Positions 11,419 to 24,706 of a stretch of DNA of 64,000 bases are shown here, piece after piece. The translations under genes and the position numbers were made by a program. Location of the stretch: the NCBI GenBank assembly GCA_950097015.1, contig CATNEN010000002.1:5084001-5148000 (forward strand), read 5' to 3'. The DNA is from Macrostomum hystrix (Eukaryota; Animalia; Platyhelminthes). How positions within the stretch are numbered: the first letter of the stretch is position 1; the number at the start of each line of letters is the position of its first letter. The notes beneath the pieces are model-generated. The model saw nothing but the letters and a program-made list of their open reading frames with translations, was not told where the DNA came from and made no database searches.

Positions 11419-12478
11419 CTCTTACCTTTGCTATTTTACTCGGCTCTCGCAAGACACGCAGGCTCATGAACCAAAGGAAGCTCATGGAACTTTTATGCAC
11501 CGGTTCGATCAATATTTGCTGAATTAATGGATGCAATGTGAAACCTTCCATCAGCAACCTCTTTGTTTGCCGATCAGAATCAGCAAACAATGCTATCATA
11601 TGAGTCTCATTACTTAGCGCAAAATGGCTTTCACTGATCATATTGATTCTGGTATTTCATCCTAGCTGTATTTGCGTGCGAGTTCCTTGCCTGAAATCAT
11701 TCAAATCAGCTTCCGTTTTGATGGAAATTTTTTTTACAAACTTTCTCATTGCCTTTGATTATTTTTCTAATAGAAAGTATCCAAGTATCTAGAAAATTTT
11801 CGAACAGAAACGCAATGGATTCGCATTCCTGATGAAATGATCTGATGTCTTTTCATCTACGTGGGTTTGCTTTTTCATTTTTATTAAAACTGAACCTTGT
11901 ATCTGAAATGTAGGTGTAATACGTGTAAGAAGTACAGTAGCGATCGTATTTTCTTTTTAAAATGAAATAAAACTATGGCCTCTAGGATCGAATTTGAATT
12001 AAAATAAAATAGTGATCAAAATTAATATTTTTTACTAAACTCACTAGCCTCTCTTTTATTACCGTGGTTTCCTGTGTCATTAAATATGGTATTTTGTTCT
12101 CGGCTGTCAAGCTTAGGAATTTCCGAACAGTGCCTGTCATTGTCTCTGTATTGTATCTAAACAGAATCGAAAATTCGTTCTCTACTTCGACTCAAACAAA
12201 ATCGGCACATTTAACTGTATGCCTTCGTGATCTGGTTAGATTTGATTGTTAGGTACTTTTTCCCTGGAGAAATCCGTCTTAAACGTTTAATAAAAATGCC
12301 CGAGATTTTTCCACCCACTGATTCTACGAGTATTGTGTCTGAGAAACTGTGCCACAAAGTTTATCCTGTGCTTTTTTATGGTCTTGGTGTTGCAAACCAG
12401 TTCAACAGTATGAACTACGTCAAAAATGTTTCAATGGTTTCATTAGGCTGCCATCATCAGAATTAGCTTTCATGCTGC

Positions 12479-13857
12479 TCACAACAAAAGCATCTCAAAC
12501 TCCATCAGTGAGTAGTAGTAGCCATAGTTCATCCTCCAAATCACTCCTTGAGCATACGCGCCCCCGATGGCAACAGAGGAATCCTTGTACACACCGTTCG
12601 GGTGCGTGCAGTGGCAGGCGCTGAACCACCAGGCGCCAACATAAGACATTGCGCAGTTTGTCGATGAACCATCGTGATCGGCGTCCATAGTGCTGAAATT
12701 CCGGCCATTGCTACTGGAGAAGCAGTCTCCAATTCCAGGACTGGCAGAGAAGCCGGATACGCTCAGGCGGTATTTATCCAGTTCTGTGCTGATGGAGACG
12801 CTGGAGTACTCAGCCCAGCTCTCCGAGCCGTTCCAGGGCTTCATCAGGATCCGCATCTTTCGCGGCGCAGGTGACGTCAACCTGTGTAGCGCGTTTAGCC
12901 CTATGGTAAAGGCAAATGCATTTGGCATTGAGAAGTGCCGAGTAACCACATAGGGGGTAAGTAGCAGAGCACTCTAACGCGTTGGCTTCCCGTACGAAGG
13001 TCCCTGAGCTCGATTCCGCAGCGAGGCCACATTCATTTGGGGCGCAGCCGCGGAGAAAAGGCTTTGGGCTTGTCGTGCAATTTACGCCCTTGAGGGCCAA
13101 CCTCCAAGGCACAGTGAAGTGTACACTGCACACTGCCTCACGATGAGAAAGTCAGGGACAGATGCCCGCAGCCCTCGTGAAATACGATCGTATCGTTTTT
13201 ACAACTAGTTACACATTAAAACGAAACGCTGTGACCTTAAAACTCTAATCACCGTAATCTAGACCCAAAATACGGAACAAATAAGCCAGACATAGTTGCA
13301 TTTGTCCTGATGGCTCAAAATGGCTCTTAAAGTAGCATCAGAAAATCTACCAATCCAGTAGTTTCCGTCGGGCCCCTCGCCGAACTCGCTCTGGTACTGA
13401 GTCCAGTTGCGGTAGAAGTTCACCGAGCCGGACACCCTGTGCTGCACGGTGGTCCAGCACTCACTGCTGAATGTCTGCAAGGTTTCAATGAACGCGCATC
13501 CAGAGCACAGTTAGAAATCAGTTTATTTTGTGTCGATTCTGCACTCACCCAAACTCGCTTCAATCCACGGTTCACACTGCGGCACTTCCTGCAGTGACTC
13601 AGGCCCAGGCGACACTTAAAGTGAGTGCACAGGCCGGAGCTGAAGTTGAAGGCCGCGAGTTGCACAGTTGAGTCTCTGCTCGCAGTTGCGATGCACTGGA
13701 CTCTGGACCGCGCTTTGAACAAATTCACGACCTCATAATCCGAGAGGCTTTCACGACTCGACCACCATTTTTTCTCCGAGGTGGCAGCTTCTGGTGCAGG
13801 ATGCAGGACTGCTGCAAGCAGCAACAGGCTAGCTGGAACTACCTGCCAGCTCTGCAT
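12479..13857 (-). CDS. FReD gene D, ~284 aa, intact
   Basis: Exons 13857-13549, 13474-13351 and 12900-12479; canonical splice sites; signal peptide [18 protein letters not shown]. Confidence 0.9.
12952..13163 (+). mobile_element. SINE family 1, 3'-truncated copy in intron 2 of gene D
   Basis: Matches the head and first ~210 bp of the 2734 copy (GAGCTCGATTCCGC..GGGGCGCAGCCGCGGAGA..CTTGTCGTGCAATTTACGCCC). Confidence 0.85.
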
Positions 13858-15440
13858 GGCAGAGGACTTCAGAGTCGCTGCCTACCTGATATTTGCCCTA
13901 GCTTTATACCAGCATGCAGTCCGGAAGCTCTTTGATTGAAAGTTTTTTAACTTCCGTGCAATGGCGGCCCTTGTTTCATGAGCTCAAATGTTTGCACTGC
14001 TTTTCAAACCCGTGTTTTGAACGTTTTTGCTTACTTTGTTTTAACGAAACGTACGAGCGTAGTTTCCAAGCATTTGACATTGTTGGCAACACATTTTAGC
14101 ATCATTTTGCAGTACTTATAGTGCTATAGTTCCTAATTAGCAAAGCGCCAAGGTATATCAGTGTCTCATCTTTCTGCATCTGTGTGGTCCCGAGTCTGGT
14201 TTCAAACGACTCAGTATCTCATGTTTCTCAGAGAAAACCGCTTGTGTTGGTCACTCTCTGGATGGGAAAACAAACGGATGCACTTTTTCAACTTCTTACA
14301 CCGAGCAGGACATCGCTGCGCCGAATGATACTCTGGCGGCTCGATAGCGTAGAAAGAGCACTCTATTTTCCCCTGAAGAGATACCACGGTATTCCAAATT
14401 CCCACTGCCTACTTCACAATGGCTCCCAAACCGAATGACCGATTTTCGTGAAATTCCACCATATGGATCAAAATTTTCCCAGATTTACGATTATCAAAAT
14501 TCAAAGCCATGCGAGTAAGCATCGTCGATATATTTAGCAATTCTTATCGAAGACCCTTGTGACAATGGACGACTAGCAATGCTCTGTATAATCCTTCATG
14601 GCGAATCCATTTGGTTTTATTGTATAACAATTAAAAATAAAATTAATACGATATATACGACATGTACATCATGTAATTTTGTGAAAAGAAACTATAATAT
14701 CTATATTGGTGGTTTTTGCCACTAGATCTAGTGGACTAATGGGCTTAGTGCGCACTAGAAGCAACTAAAGGGGAAATGTACCGAGCAAGGATTTAAAACA
14801 GAACGATTGAGTCAACAAAGGGGCGGGCAGGATGCGTAGTCTATGGGCTAAAAGGACGATAGAAGGCGAACAATTAAAGTGCAGTGAAACGTACTGATTA
14901 ACTAATCGGTGAGCATGAGAGGAAAGAGGAGAGTCGAAGGAAACGACCAGAAGGAATTCTGGAGGAAATATTTCCGACAATTCTATTCTCTGCTCGTACG
15001 AGCGTAAATGTGTGGATCAACGACTCTCGCTTGAATTTTGCTAAAAATAAACATTACACGCTCATGTTTCAGAGCAATTCAGAGCAATGCAATACAATGC
15101 TGCACTTTTCTGAGCATTGCTGAGACGCTCTGAATCATTAACAGTTTTCAGGGCCTCAACAATAGAAGGGTTCCCTGCCGTGGTAAATGTCTGTCAAATA
15201 GAGGATTTCAAGTCAAAGCAATGAAATAAACTTACGTACAACAGAAATTGGATGGGCAAAATGTATATATTCCCTTACTGCTGGTACAGTGGGTTTCTGA
15301 CAATAATTTGCAGCAATAGAATACTTTCTATATATGCAGGTGCTGGGTACAAAATTGATTACCACTGTCATTTCCGTTACCTGCTCCCAAGACACTTTTC
15401 TATGCATTCAGACAAGCCTATTTGATTCTGTGACTAGAGG

Positions 15441-16804
15441 ATGCAGTTAGCTACTCTTCTGGTGATGCTGTTGCATGTCTGAGATCCGCTGGCGGAAGCT
15501 ACTTCAACAATCCGAATATGGCGGCTCAGCTGGGAAAGCCTTCCTGATTACGAGGTGGTGACGTCGCTGAAGGCCAGTTCTGAAGTTGAATGCGGCGCAA
15601 AAGCAGTGATTCAGTGATTAAAGTGATTCAGGCGCACTGCTCCTGCTCTTTAACTCGAGCTTCGGTCTGTGCACTCTGTGCAAGTGTCGCATCGGTCTGA
15701 GCCACTGTAGAAAGTGCCGCCGTGTGAATCACGGAGCTCAGCAAGTGTGGGTGAGTCGGCCTTTTTATCCGTTTCTTAACGTTAAGGCGATTAGTGTCGA
15801 TTGCCTCCTTACAGACGGCCAGCGAAAAGTGCTGGACCACCGTGCAGCACAGGGTGTCCGGCTCTGTGGACTTCTACCGCAACTGGACTCAGTACCAGAG
15901 CGAATTCGGTGAAGGACCTGACGGAAACTACTGGATCGGTAAAGTACACTTTCGCACAGGGTCGTTTCACAAGCTCTAAATTTCACAAACCATAACTTTC
16001 CCAAAATCTAATTCTCACAAGACTTAATTTTGACAAAGTCGAAACACCGTGTGCAGAAAATTCACAAGCACTGAAGGTTCATCATGCTATTGAGGATATA
16101 ATGAATATAGCGCTTGTGGAAGCTTGTAAAGTTTTGAGCTTTTGCTGTTCTCTGCATGCCTTTTAGGCGTCGTAAAGTTTAGGGCTTTTGAAATTTTGTT
16201 GTTGTTAAATCTGCTGAACTGCTTATTTTTTCGATGTTGTAAATATTACGGGTGATAAAATTTAGGTTGTGTGAAAGATTCTCGTTTCGACGCTCTCCAA
16301 TTAATGGTTTGTGAAGGCGACCCTTTCGTGGCTTGCCGAAGGCTCGAGATACGGTTTCCAAAGCCGCTTTCGTATTTATAGGTTTGGAGTCGCTTCACGC
16401 CCTGACTGCGTCAAATCCCCGCAGGCTGAGGTTCCTGATGAAGCAGTGGAACGGTACGGGGAGTTGGGCTGAGTACTCCAGCTTCTCCGTGGGCCCAGAG
16501 TCAGATAACTACACTCTGACAGTGCCCGGCTTCTCAGGGAGTGCCGGGGTCGGCAACTGCTTATCCTACCACAATGGAATGCAGTTCACCACATTTGATG
16601 CCGACCATGACACCTATGAGCTCAACTGTGCTGCAGCGTTTCAACGGTGCCTGTTGGTTCACGGCTTGCATATGTGCTTTCCCGAATGGACAGTACAAGG
16701 CCTTCCCGGATGCGTTAAACACAACGTTTAGTCGGGGCATAATTTGGAAATTGAAGCATGGATACTACTATTCCCTGATGGAGGTCGAGATGTTGCTTGT
16801 TTAG
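15441..16804 (+). pseudogene. FReD gene E, inverted pseudogene
   Basis: Exons 15441-15750, 15815-15938 and 16382-16804. TGA at codon 14 (15480-15482); frameshifting duplication at ~15604-15630; +1 frameshift at ~16639 (NCAAAF / NGACWF). Confidence 0.85.
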
Positions 16805-17231
16805 ACTATGGCTTTTCAGTTTTATAGCATTTGTTGTTTAGTTGACAATGTTGAATAATTTCCAACCACATGCAGTACTATGAGTAGTTTCACTCTGACT
16901 GTGTGTCAGGCTTTCTGAGAGATGCTGGCTTAATGATTTTTTTCTTCTGTAATGTACTTGAGACAAACTCAAGAAGGTTTCTAAGCTTTATACGCTCTGA
17001 GCACTGGAGTACTCAGCCGCTAGGGCATAGTTCAGGCCACATTCGGGAGTCAGCGGAATGGGCGGAATTGCCTCCTTGCTGGCAGCAAGTTGAATCATAC
17101 ATTAGTAAAACATAAGTAATCTTGCGAAAATTTGCAGATTGTGCCGAAATCGCCAAATACGAGCGTAGAATTAAAAATAATGCGTTACACTTCGTATTGT
17201 GTAGTTGCGAAAGGTAAAATTGTGTTGTACC

Positions 17232-17813
17232 TGTGGTAGCGTGGCACACACAATTGGTAAAATAACCAAGACAGGAACGCTATACTCAGACAGGAATTAT
17301 ACCGGCCTCAACGCTGTGCCTCTTCGCAGTGAAACAACCTGGTAGTCAGGCTCGGATTGCTAAGTTTCTCACTCGTGGGGACGGGAGTTCTCTAAGCACC
17401 AAGTAATCTTAGTCTTAGGTCCACTTCTAAATAGCGTATCTAAGTCACTAGGACTTGACACAAAGAGAGTCAAATGAAATCGCTAACTAGCCTGGGTGTG
17501 CGACTAGGGTACACGAAGTGAACTACCACGATGCATACACCAACCGGCGTATTCCTCAGACTGTGCTCTACTTATAGTAGGAGCATTTGAGCGATATTCT
17601 GTCAGTCTTCTTCCGAACCGAAGCGATTGCACCATGGCGTGCAATATGACTCAGTGCGCAGACAGATCTGGAACAAGAGAGAGAAGAGGAGGGGGTGGCG
17701 AGCGGAGGTGAGTGTGCACGGGAAACCGCAGACCTACCTACTCCCAAGCCCTCCCACAGAACTAGGGCAGCTCTGACTCCACAGATTGCCTGGAGGCTGC
17801 TCAGCAGACTACA
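17232..17813. mobile_element. Probable solo LTR (~580 bp)
   Basis: Ends TGTGGTAG...GACTACA (TG..CA with a short inverted repeat); internal TATA-like CTATAAGT on the - strand. Flanks GTACC/GCACA match only 3 of 5. Confidence 0.4.
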
Positions 17814-18427
17814 GCACATAAATTGTATCGTCGACCCGTTCAAATTTCTAAAAAGAACAATTTAGAGATAAAACTTTTAATTTCACTTTTCAAATGCAAT
17901 AGAGAAAACTATTGCACTTTGAGGGACAAGAGGAACGGGAAACCACTGAAACCACTGAAAGGTACTTTATAGAGATATTTATAATCGGAGAACAGCTAGC
18001 TACCATCATACATTAACTGAAGTTTTTTCTAGTGCTTATGAAAACATAATCATGGCGCTGATGCTTTTTGTCCTTTGTCCGTTTCCTTTTTCATACTTTT
18101 CTCTCATTTTTATAACCTACTTTTGATTTAAATAGTTGGTTCATCACAATATAAAACTATTAGTTTGATACTCGTACATTTGTGGCTATTTTACCATTAA
18201 TTCATCAAAAATAGCAATTTTCTAACTTTTGCGCCCGAACACTGTCAAATGAGGGATAAGTATATTTGGATCGCTTTCTTCTTGTTGCTTGAGTAAGTTT
18301 CTTGCATTAGAACTATTTTACTGAGTCCATTGTGATTGCAGTGGACTCCAAGCAAAGCTCAATTTGAGAGTGCTTCATATTGGAAACCATATTCCAGATC
18401 TGATTCTAACAGTTACATTCTCACTGT

Positions 18428-19939
18428 TCATAAAACGAGCAGTTCAATTTCCTTCAGAGAGTAGTAGAAGCCGTAGTTGTAATGCCAGATGATGCCCTGC
18501 GCATAATCGCCTCCGATTGCATCTGCAAAGTTCTTGTACTGGCCGTTCGGGTGGGCGAAGAAGCAGCCGCCGAACCACCAGGCTCCGACGAAGGACACGG
18601 CGCAGTTTCCGCCCCAGATGTCGTTATCTGCATCGAAAGTGGTAAACTGTTGACCATTGCTCCTATCGGACAGCGCGTCACCAACTCCACTGCTGGCAGA
18701 GAATCCCGAGACACTCAGTCTGTACTTGTCGCTAGCGGGACCGATAACAAAGCTGGAGTACTCGGCCCAGCTTTTCGATCCGTCCCAAAGAGTCATTAAA
18801 AATCGGAGCTTGCGGCTTCCGGATGATGTGAACTTGTGCAGCCAGTCTAAACCTGATGACGGGTAGATGACGCAGACCACGTGATCAAAGTAAACACCAA
18901 AATATAAGTTTCTAAGTTCTCTAAATGCTGCTGTACAGTGTAAGAGAAGTATAATCCAAATAAACTAAGGCTATGAAAGTGGAGTGGTAAATGGAAGAGC
19001 GCAGTTAACGTGGTTGCTCCTCGCACAAAGGTCCATGAGCTCGATTCAGTGGCGAGACCATGCACCTTTATTTAAGGCGCAACGACGGATAGAAGGCTGG
19101 AGGCTTGTCGTGCAATATGCACCCCTTTCCGAGTGCAAAGACTCCCAGGTTTAATGAACCCCTGTGTGCACCCCTGTGTAAGTGTGTGTTTGCGTGCAGT
19201 ATCTGTGTGCCTGTGTGCTCAGGAGTCAGCGGAACGGGCAGAATAGTCTCCTCACTGGCTGGGGGTCTAGTGTCACTAATAATACTAATGAGCTATTATT
19301 TAGTAAGTATTATTTATTAATTTATACATTTTCATTTAATACAATTATTATTTTTATTAAATACAATGTTGTCAATATGTCAAACGCCAATGATCCTCTT
19401 GCAGCAAAACACTCTACCAATCCAGTAGTTTCCGTCGGGTCCCTCGCCGAACTCGCTCTGGTACTGAGTCCAGTTGCGATAAAAGTCCACCGAGCCGGAC
19501 ACCCTGTGCTGCATGGTGGTCCAGCACTCATTGACGGTTGTCTAAAAGCACAAAAAGTTCATGTGAATCGATTCCTTGAGAATATGCAGATTGAGAATAA
19601 CAAAGGTTGATGCCATAAGAGATACGTTTAGCTCACCCATACTTGCTGGCTACCCGTGGCAATTGACCGACAACTCATACAAGATCTCAACCCCAAGGGG
19701 CACCTGAGATGATAGCAGAGGCCAGAGCTAGAGTTAAACGCAACAAACTGCACAGCTAAATCTGTGCTGGCAGCTGCAATGCAGTCAGCAAGGTTTTCCA
19801 TGGTATTCGACCTTAGAGTCTCAAAGTCGAATAGATTGGACCGACTCAACCGCCAGGTACTTTCGATCGAGCCGCATTCCGCTCTGAAATGCCAAACCAA
19901 TCCTAGAAGCAGCAACGCACTCGTCGAAGCTTGCCACAT
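18428..19939 (-). CDS. FReD gene F, ~283 aa, intact; divergent exon 1
   Basis: Exons 19939-19637, 19541-19418 and 18852-18428; Cys block reads [16 protein letters not shown]; canonical splice sites. Confidence 0.9.
18981..19290 (+). mobile_element. SINE family 1 copy in intron 2 of gene F
   Basis: Head GAGCTCGATTC; body CTTGTCGTGCAAT..GGAGTCAGCGGAACGGGCAGAAT..GGTCTAGTGTCAC; (TAA)-type tail. Confidence 0.8.
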
Positions 19940-20889
19940 TTTATGAAGTCAGTATTTTGAGAGTTTTTGGCATGTGGCGAGTTGATCTTTATTTTTTTAC
20001 TAACTTTCAAGTCTGGCAGCTGCTTTTTAGAGCTTTCAAACTTTTTTCTGCTTTCTAGGTTTTATCTGACTGCAGATTGGTTGTTGTCAGTCACGTGGCC
20101 TTCTGTCTAACTCAAAGTCTGGATTTCTCAGAATTTTTTATCGCGAATCCAAGTGGGAATTAAGAAGAGCGCGACTGGCAGGTTGAGGCCGATTGAGGCT
20201 GAAAAGTCTCACCAAATCGACAACAACCGGCTAATTGTGTGACGTCAAAATTTGCACCTCTGAAACGTATCAAAGTTTATTGGAATCTTGCAGCAAGAAA
20301 ATAGTTTTCTGTTTGTAATTAGCACACATTTTTATCGCAAAGGTATTAAAAATTGCTGTTATAAGTGCTTCTGCTCCATACCTTGCCATTTGAGCAGTAT
20401 CAAATTTCTCTTTATCGGCTTCATCACCTGATCTTCTTTCCAGCTCTGTCACGTTAGAACTTGTGACTGCGACCAGCAATGCATCTTCTGCCACGCGGAA
20501 ATAAGGAGTTCAAGGTGAAGGACAAATTCAAAACTATAGACAGCAGAAGCGGCTATGAGTCCTGAATAGCAGGAGAGAAAAACAATGGAGTCACCTTGCA
20601 GCTTTGCTCATTGCTTTGAAGCACTGGCAATGAAAAGGGAGAGCTACATGCGAAGCTGCGTGGGAAGTTTCTACGAGAAAACGCATGTAAAACCCACTGC
20701 TGGTCGTCAAGGCAACCATGAGAGAAAAAGTAGGCGCTAAATGGTTTGCTTCATAACTTCATGCAGTTTGAAGAATGTTAATAAAATTTTAAGATAAATT
20801 ACAATGACAGTGAGAGTGAGCACACTCAATTTAATCTCATTTGTCCCAATACTCAACCCAAAAATGCAAAAAGACTGAGGCGATCGAAG

Positions 20890-21197
20890 CACACTTCGAT
20901 GGTCATCAACTCCGGCTTCTCAAACTCTTACTCTTTTATTAATCGCATGTTTACTTTATATGCTCCTCGATGAAGTTCTAAATTTAGACTTTGATTTCTT
21001 ATTGAGTCGCACTAAATTGAGTCCTTACAAAAAGAGACAGCAGTGCTGTTTTGCACAAAACAAACAGGTTAGGCTTGCATGAAATTTACTCACTCGCACA
21101 CAGGCAAAGAGTGGCGGCGGGGGTGGGTGACAGTGAAAGCGATGCTCAGCCAATAACAGGTTCAGGGGGCTAGAAAAAAGCAGGGTAAGAAACACTT
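20890..21197. mobile_element. Second copy of the MITE-like element seen at 4531, with a single internal motif
   Basis: GGCTTCTCAAACT start; ACTCGC..GGGGGTGGGTGACAGTGA..AGCCAATAAC; end AAAGCAGGGTAAGAAACAC. Confidence 0.4.
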
Positions 21198-21504
21198 TGC
21201 TTTTGCATAATAGGGGAGATGAAAAAAAATTTTAATCGACATTTAATGATTCACAGTAGTTTCTTCGAGTTTTTTAATTGCACGTGAGTAACAAAATACT
21301 TTAATCCAACTCTTTTGCAGGAATTTTAAGTAAGTCACGTGTTTTCTATTTTTTCTGTGAGGAATAAAAAAGATCACTGACCGATTTAACTACACCAACC
21401 AATACAGCTGCGTCAAAACTCTCGAACGAAACCAAACACGTGGGTCGTCTATTCCATCGATCCATTCGTCTTTAGAACCAATTTCCAACAATTGCAAAAG
21501 CAAT

Positions 21505-22653
21505 TCAGAAAAGCAGTAGCTCAATCTCCTGCAGTGAGTAGTATCTACTGTAGGGATATCTCCAAACGATGCCATTAGCCAGTTCGCCGCTAGTAGCGTC
21601 AGCGAAGTCGTGATAGATTCCGTTCGGGTTCGCGTCAAAGCAGGACGAGAACCACCAGCCGCTGCGCACCGTGAGAGCGCAGTTGTGGATCCAGGTGTCA
21701 TGGTCAGCATCGAAGGTGGAAAATGGTTCACCGTTCGATCGACTGGCCAGGGAGTCACCGACTCCTTCACTGGCGGAGAAGCCGGACAAGCTCAGCGTGT
21801 AGTTCTCGGACTCCGAGGCCACGGAGAAGCTGGAGTACTCAGCCCAGCTTTCAGTGCCATTCCACAGCTTCATCAGGATCCTCAGCTTCCGGCCTCTGTA
21901 CTGAGTTAGAGCATGAAGCGAGTTCAAACCTGTGGGATTGATCGAAATTTTAGATTCTATTCACTGTACACAAATATCACAAAATTTGTGAGTAGTTGTC
22001 ATCCAATAGAAGTCGCGCTCTAGTCTGCAATCTGAAACACAGAATAACATCCGACTATTCAAAACAAATCAAAACAGCGACTTTTTCACAACAAAGTTTT
22101 AAAATAGCAGAATCAATTAAAAGCGGTTGCTAAAGAATTTTTTTATACCAATCCAGTAGTTTCCGTCGGGTCCCTCGCCGAACTCGACCTGGTACTGAGT
22201 CCAGTTGCGGTAAAAGTTCACCGAGGCGGACACCCTGTGCTGCACGGTGGTCCAGCACTCACTGATGATGGCGATCTGAAAGCGAAATCATGTAGATGAA
22301 TAAAGTCAGTGCTCAAGAAAGCTCATTGAGCTGTCACTCACCCACACTCGCTGAGCTCCCTGGTTCGCATTGCGGCACTTCCTGCAGTGACTCAGGCCCA
22401 GGCGACACCTGAAGTGAGTGCACAGCCTTGAGCTGGCATTGAAGGCCACCAGCTGCGCTGCGTAGTCGATTGTTGCTTCAACAATGCAGTCCATTTCCGT
22501 AGCAGTTGTGTACGACTTGGCGGCCTCATAATCTGCGAGGCTGTCAAGACTCGATCTCCATTTTCGTTCAACCGAACTGACTTCACTGGCGTTGCAGTTC
22601 AAGACTGCAGCTAGCTGGACGAGAGGAATGATCGCAATCGGATTCAGTCGCAT
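21505..22653 (-). CDS. FReD gene G, ~287 aa, intact
   Basis: Start MRLNPIA at 22653; exons 22653-22342, 22275-22149 (127 nt, one duplicated ATC codon) and 21929-21505. Confidence 0.9.
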
Positions 22654-23099
22654 ACTGCACTTCTTCCTGCTTTGGCAAAAGCTTTTGAAATTTTCTCTTC
22701 GCCAAGCAAACAATTTACTTAACAGTTTTCAGTCGTTTGTCTTCACTTGAATTGTTTTGCGTGACAACTAACTCTTCTGAAAAGCTCAGTTTTATCGAAA
22801 TTTCTACTATTGCGTCTGAATTAAAAATTTAATGGGGTTCAGGAAAAATGTAGCATAATTCCTTCATTTTTCTTTAAGTGGCACTTCACATTCTGGTTAG
22901 ACTGTTAATTAGTGTAGCAGGTATGCTGGCAGACAAAGTCTAGCTTTTTAGATGCTTCGCTAACAAAATCCCTCAATACCCTCGGTAATCAAACTAACTA
23001 GAAGACTAGCTCTGTACCATTCAGGTAGAGGCCTTCCAGCGCAGACATTTTCTCTGAATTTCGGTCAGAAGTTTTTATGCCCTTGCCTGGAATACACTT
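22145..23099. repeat. ~950-bp segment duplicated at 29157-30097 (promoter, exon 1, intron 1 and exon 2 of genes G and I)
   Basis: Near-identity by eye (8 substitutions in the 312-nt exon 1, one local indel patch upstream). Identity stops 4 nt into intron 2 and after ..GCCTGGAATACACTT upstream. Confidence 0.95.
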
Positions 23100-23207
23100 A
23101 CGTCCCACATCAGCAGTGGCCAGCTAAAAGGTGTTGTCATGCACTAGTGTCAGCAATACTTCCTGGATCTACGAGTCAGTATTGTTTACAGACCCATACA
23201 GACCCAT

Positions 23208-23345
23208 ACTAATAATAATAATAATTGCAGGAGGGCTGCGGGCAATGGCACATCATTTGGTAACAATAGACCTGCAGCCAGCGAGTAGGCAATTTTGCCC
23301 ATTTCGCTGACTCCTGAGCACACACGCACACAGATACTGTACGGA
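23208..23345 (-). mobile_element. SINE family 1, 3' fragment with (TTA)n tail
   Basis: Reverse complement of the 2960-3098 part of the full copy. Confidence 0.8.
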
Positions 23346-23365
23346 GGCAGAGTTACCCAAAGTGG

Positions 23366-24052
23366 TGTTGTGCCGTGCATATGCACTTTGCCCTGCTCTG
23401 TGTGTGACCCGTGTTTATGTCTGTCCAACCCCTTCCTGCGCCCGTGCCTGCCTAGGTCAGGGTTGGTAAGAGGCTTACGCCTCAACCCTGGCCTAGCCCC
23501 TCTCTCTGCTCTGCGCCCACCTGCCCATGCCCAAGCGTTGCGCAAGCCCTGTCACGCCACCTCTCCACCCCTCCCCCGCCTGGACCATTCATATTGGCTG
23601 GGGGCCGGTAAGTCCTGTGGCCCAGGGTTTGTGGATCGTTTCTCTCTCCCCCTTCTCCATCCCTGTACCGTAAGTAAATAAGCTTGTTTTTCTATCTGCA
23701 AATCCTCGCGCTTGTGTTATCTATCTGCCAGTCCGGGTCTTGTTTAATATTCACGCGCTGCCAATGCACGCCGTTCCGCTATCAGCTTGAGTGAGAAAGC
23801 ATAGGTGAGTTCGTGTCTTCTTTCTTCCGGGAGTGCCGCGTTGGGCCGGTGGGAAGACTGAGTGAACTTTCGCTCCGTTAGGGACCTGCTGAGACGAGTG
23901 AACTCTCGCTAGTCCCAGGGTGGTTTTTTCTGCGAACTCTCGCGGAACCAATCCGACTTGTTAGGCCTAGGCAAGGGTTGGGCTGGGACCTGGGTGTCTC
24001 GGGCGGTGGACCCAATCCCATCTCCCGTCGGCCAATAGGCCAAGACACAACA
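23366..24052. mobile_element. LTR-like element interrupting or abutting the SINE fragment
   Basis: Ends TGTTGTG...CACAACA (7-bp inverted); flanks GTGG/GTAG; GC-rich with CCAAT boxes and TAAATAA. No coding capacity seen. Confidence 0.35.
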
Positions 24053-24344
24053 GTAGCGGAAAATTCACTCACTCAGTCACTCAGAGCTGACAAAATTCAC
24101 TATATACTACTGAGAGCATTGAAGTTGGACTTTGAACTCAGGATATTCACTTAAAAAATACAAGCAAAAGAGCTATAGGAAAGTGGTCCCTTCAACTCCC
24201 CTTGCACCGGATTGGCCGTGGCACCCGGCCAATAGGAATGACGCCAGCCACCACCCCCGACCAAGATCCAAACCCACCCGACCCCAAAACCCACCCCAAC
24301 CCAAACAAGGACCCTACTATCCTACTGTCCACCCCATTCCAATA

Positions 24345-24706
24345 ACTTATAATGATGATGATAATAATAATCATAAGAATAACAGCAGGTCGGCGACAAT
24401 GGCACATCATATGGTGAAAGTAGATCCGCAGCCAGCGACGTGGCCATGTAAACTCGCACACAGATACTGTACGCTGGCACACGCTCACACAGGTGCGTAC
24501 ATCTGCCCTGACTTTCGCATCGTCAGGCAGTGTAAAATCTCACAGTGCCTTGGGGGTTGGCCCTCAAGGCCATAAATTGCACGACAAGCCCCCAAGCCTT
24601 CTCTCCGCGGCTGCGCCCCAAATGCATGTGACCTCGCCGCGGAATCGAGCTCAGGGACCTTGGTGCGAGAGGCAGACCTGATAGACCTCTCTACCACGCA
24701 CCCTCT
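24345..24706 (-). mobile_element. SINE family 1 copy with internal deletion
   Basis: Reverse complement: tRNA-like head GGTGCGTGGTAGAGAGG..GAGCTCGATTCCGC, family body, (TTA/TCA)n tail. Confidence 0.85.

Noticed and set aside
7042-15482. In-frame TGA in genes B and E as selenocysteine or read-through
   Set aside because: Both genes also carry TAA stops, frameshifts or a dead acceptor, and the B TGA aligns to Gly rather than Cys.
17002-17016. 15-nt match CTGGAGTACTCAGCC to the conserved WAEYSS exon 3 motif
   Set aside because: Flanks show no further FReD homology, so it is too short to call an eleventh gene remnant.
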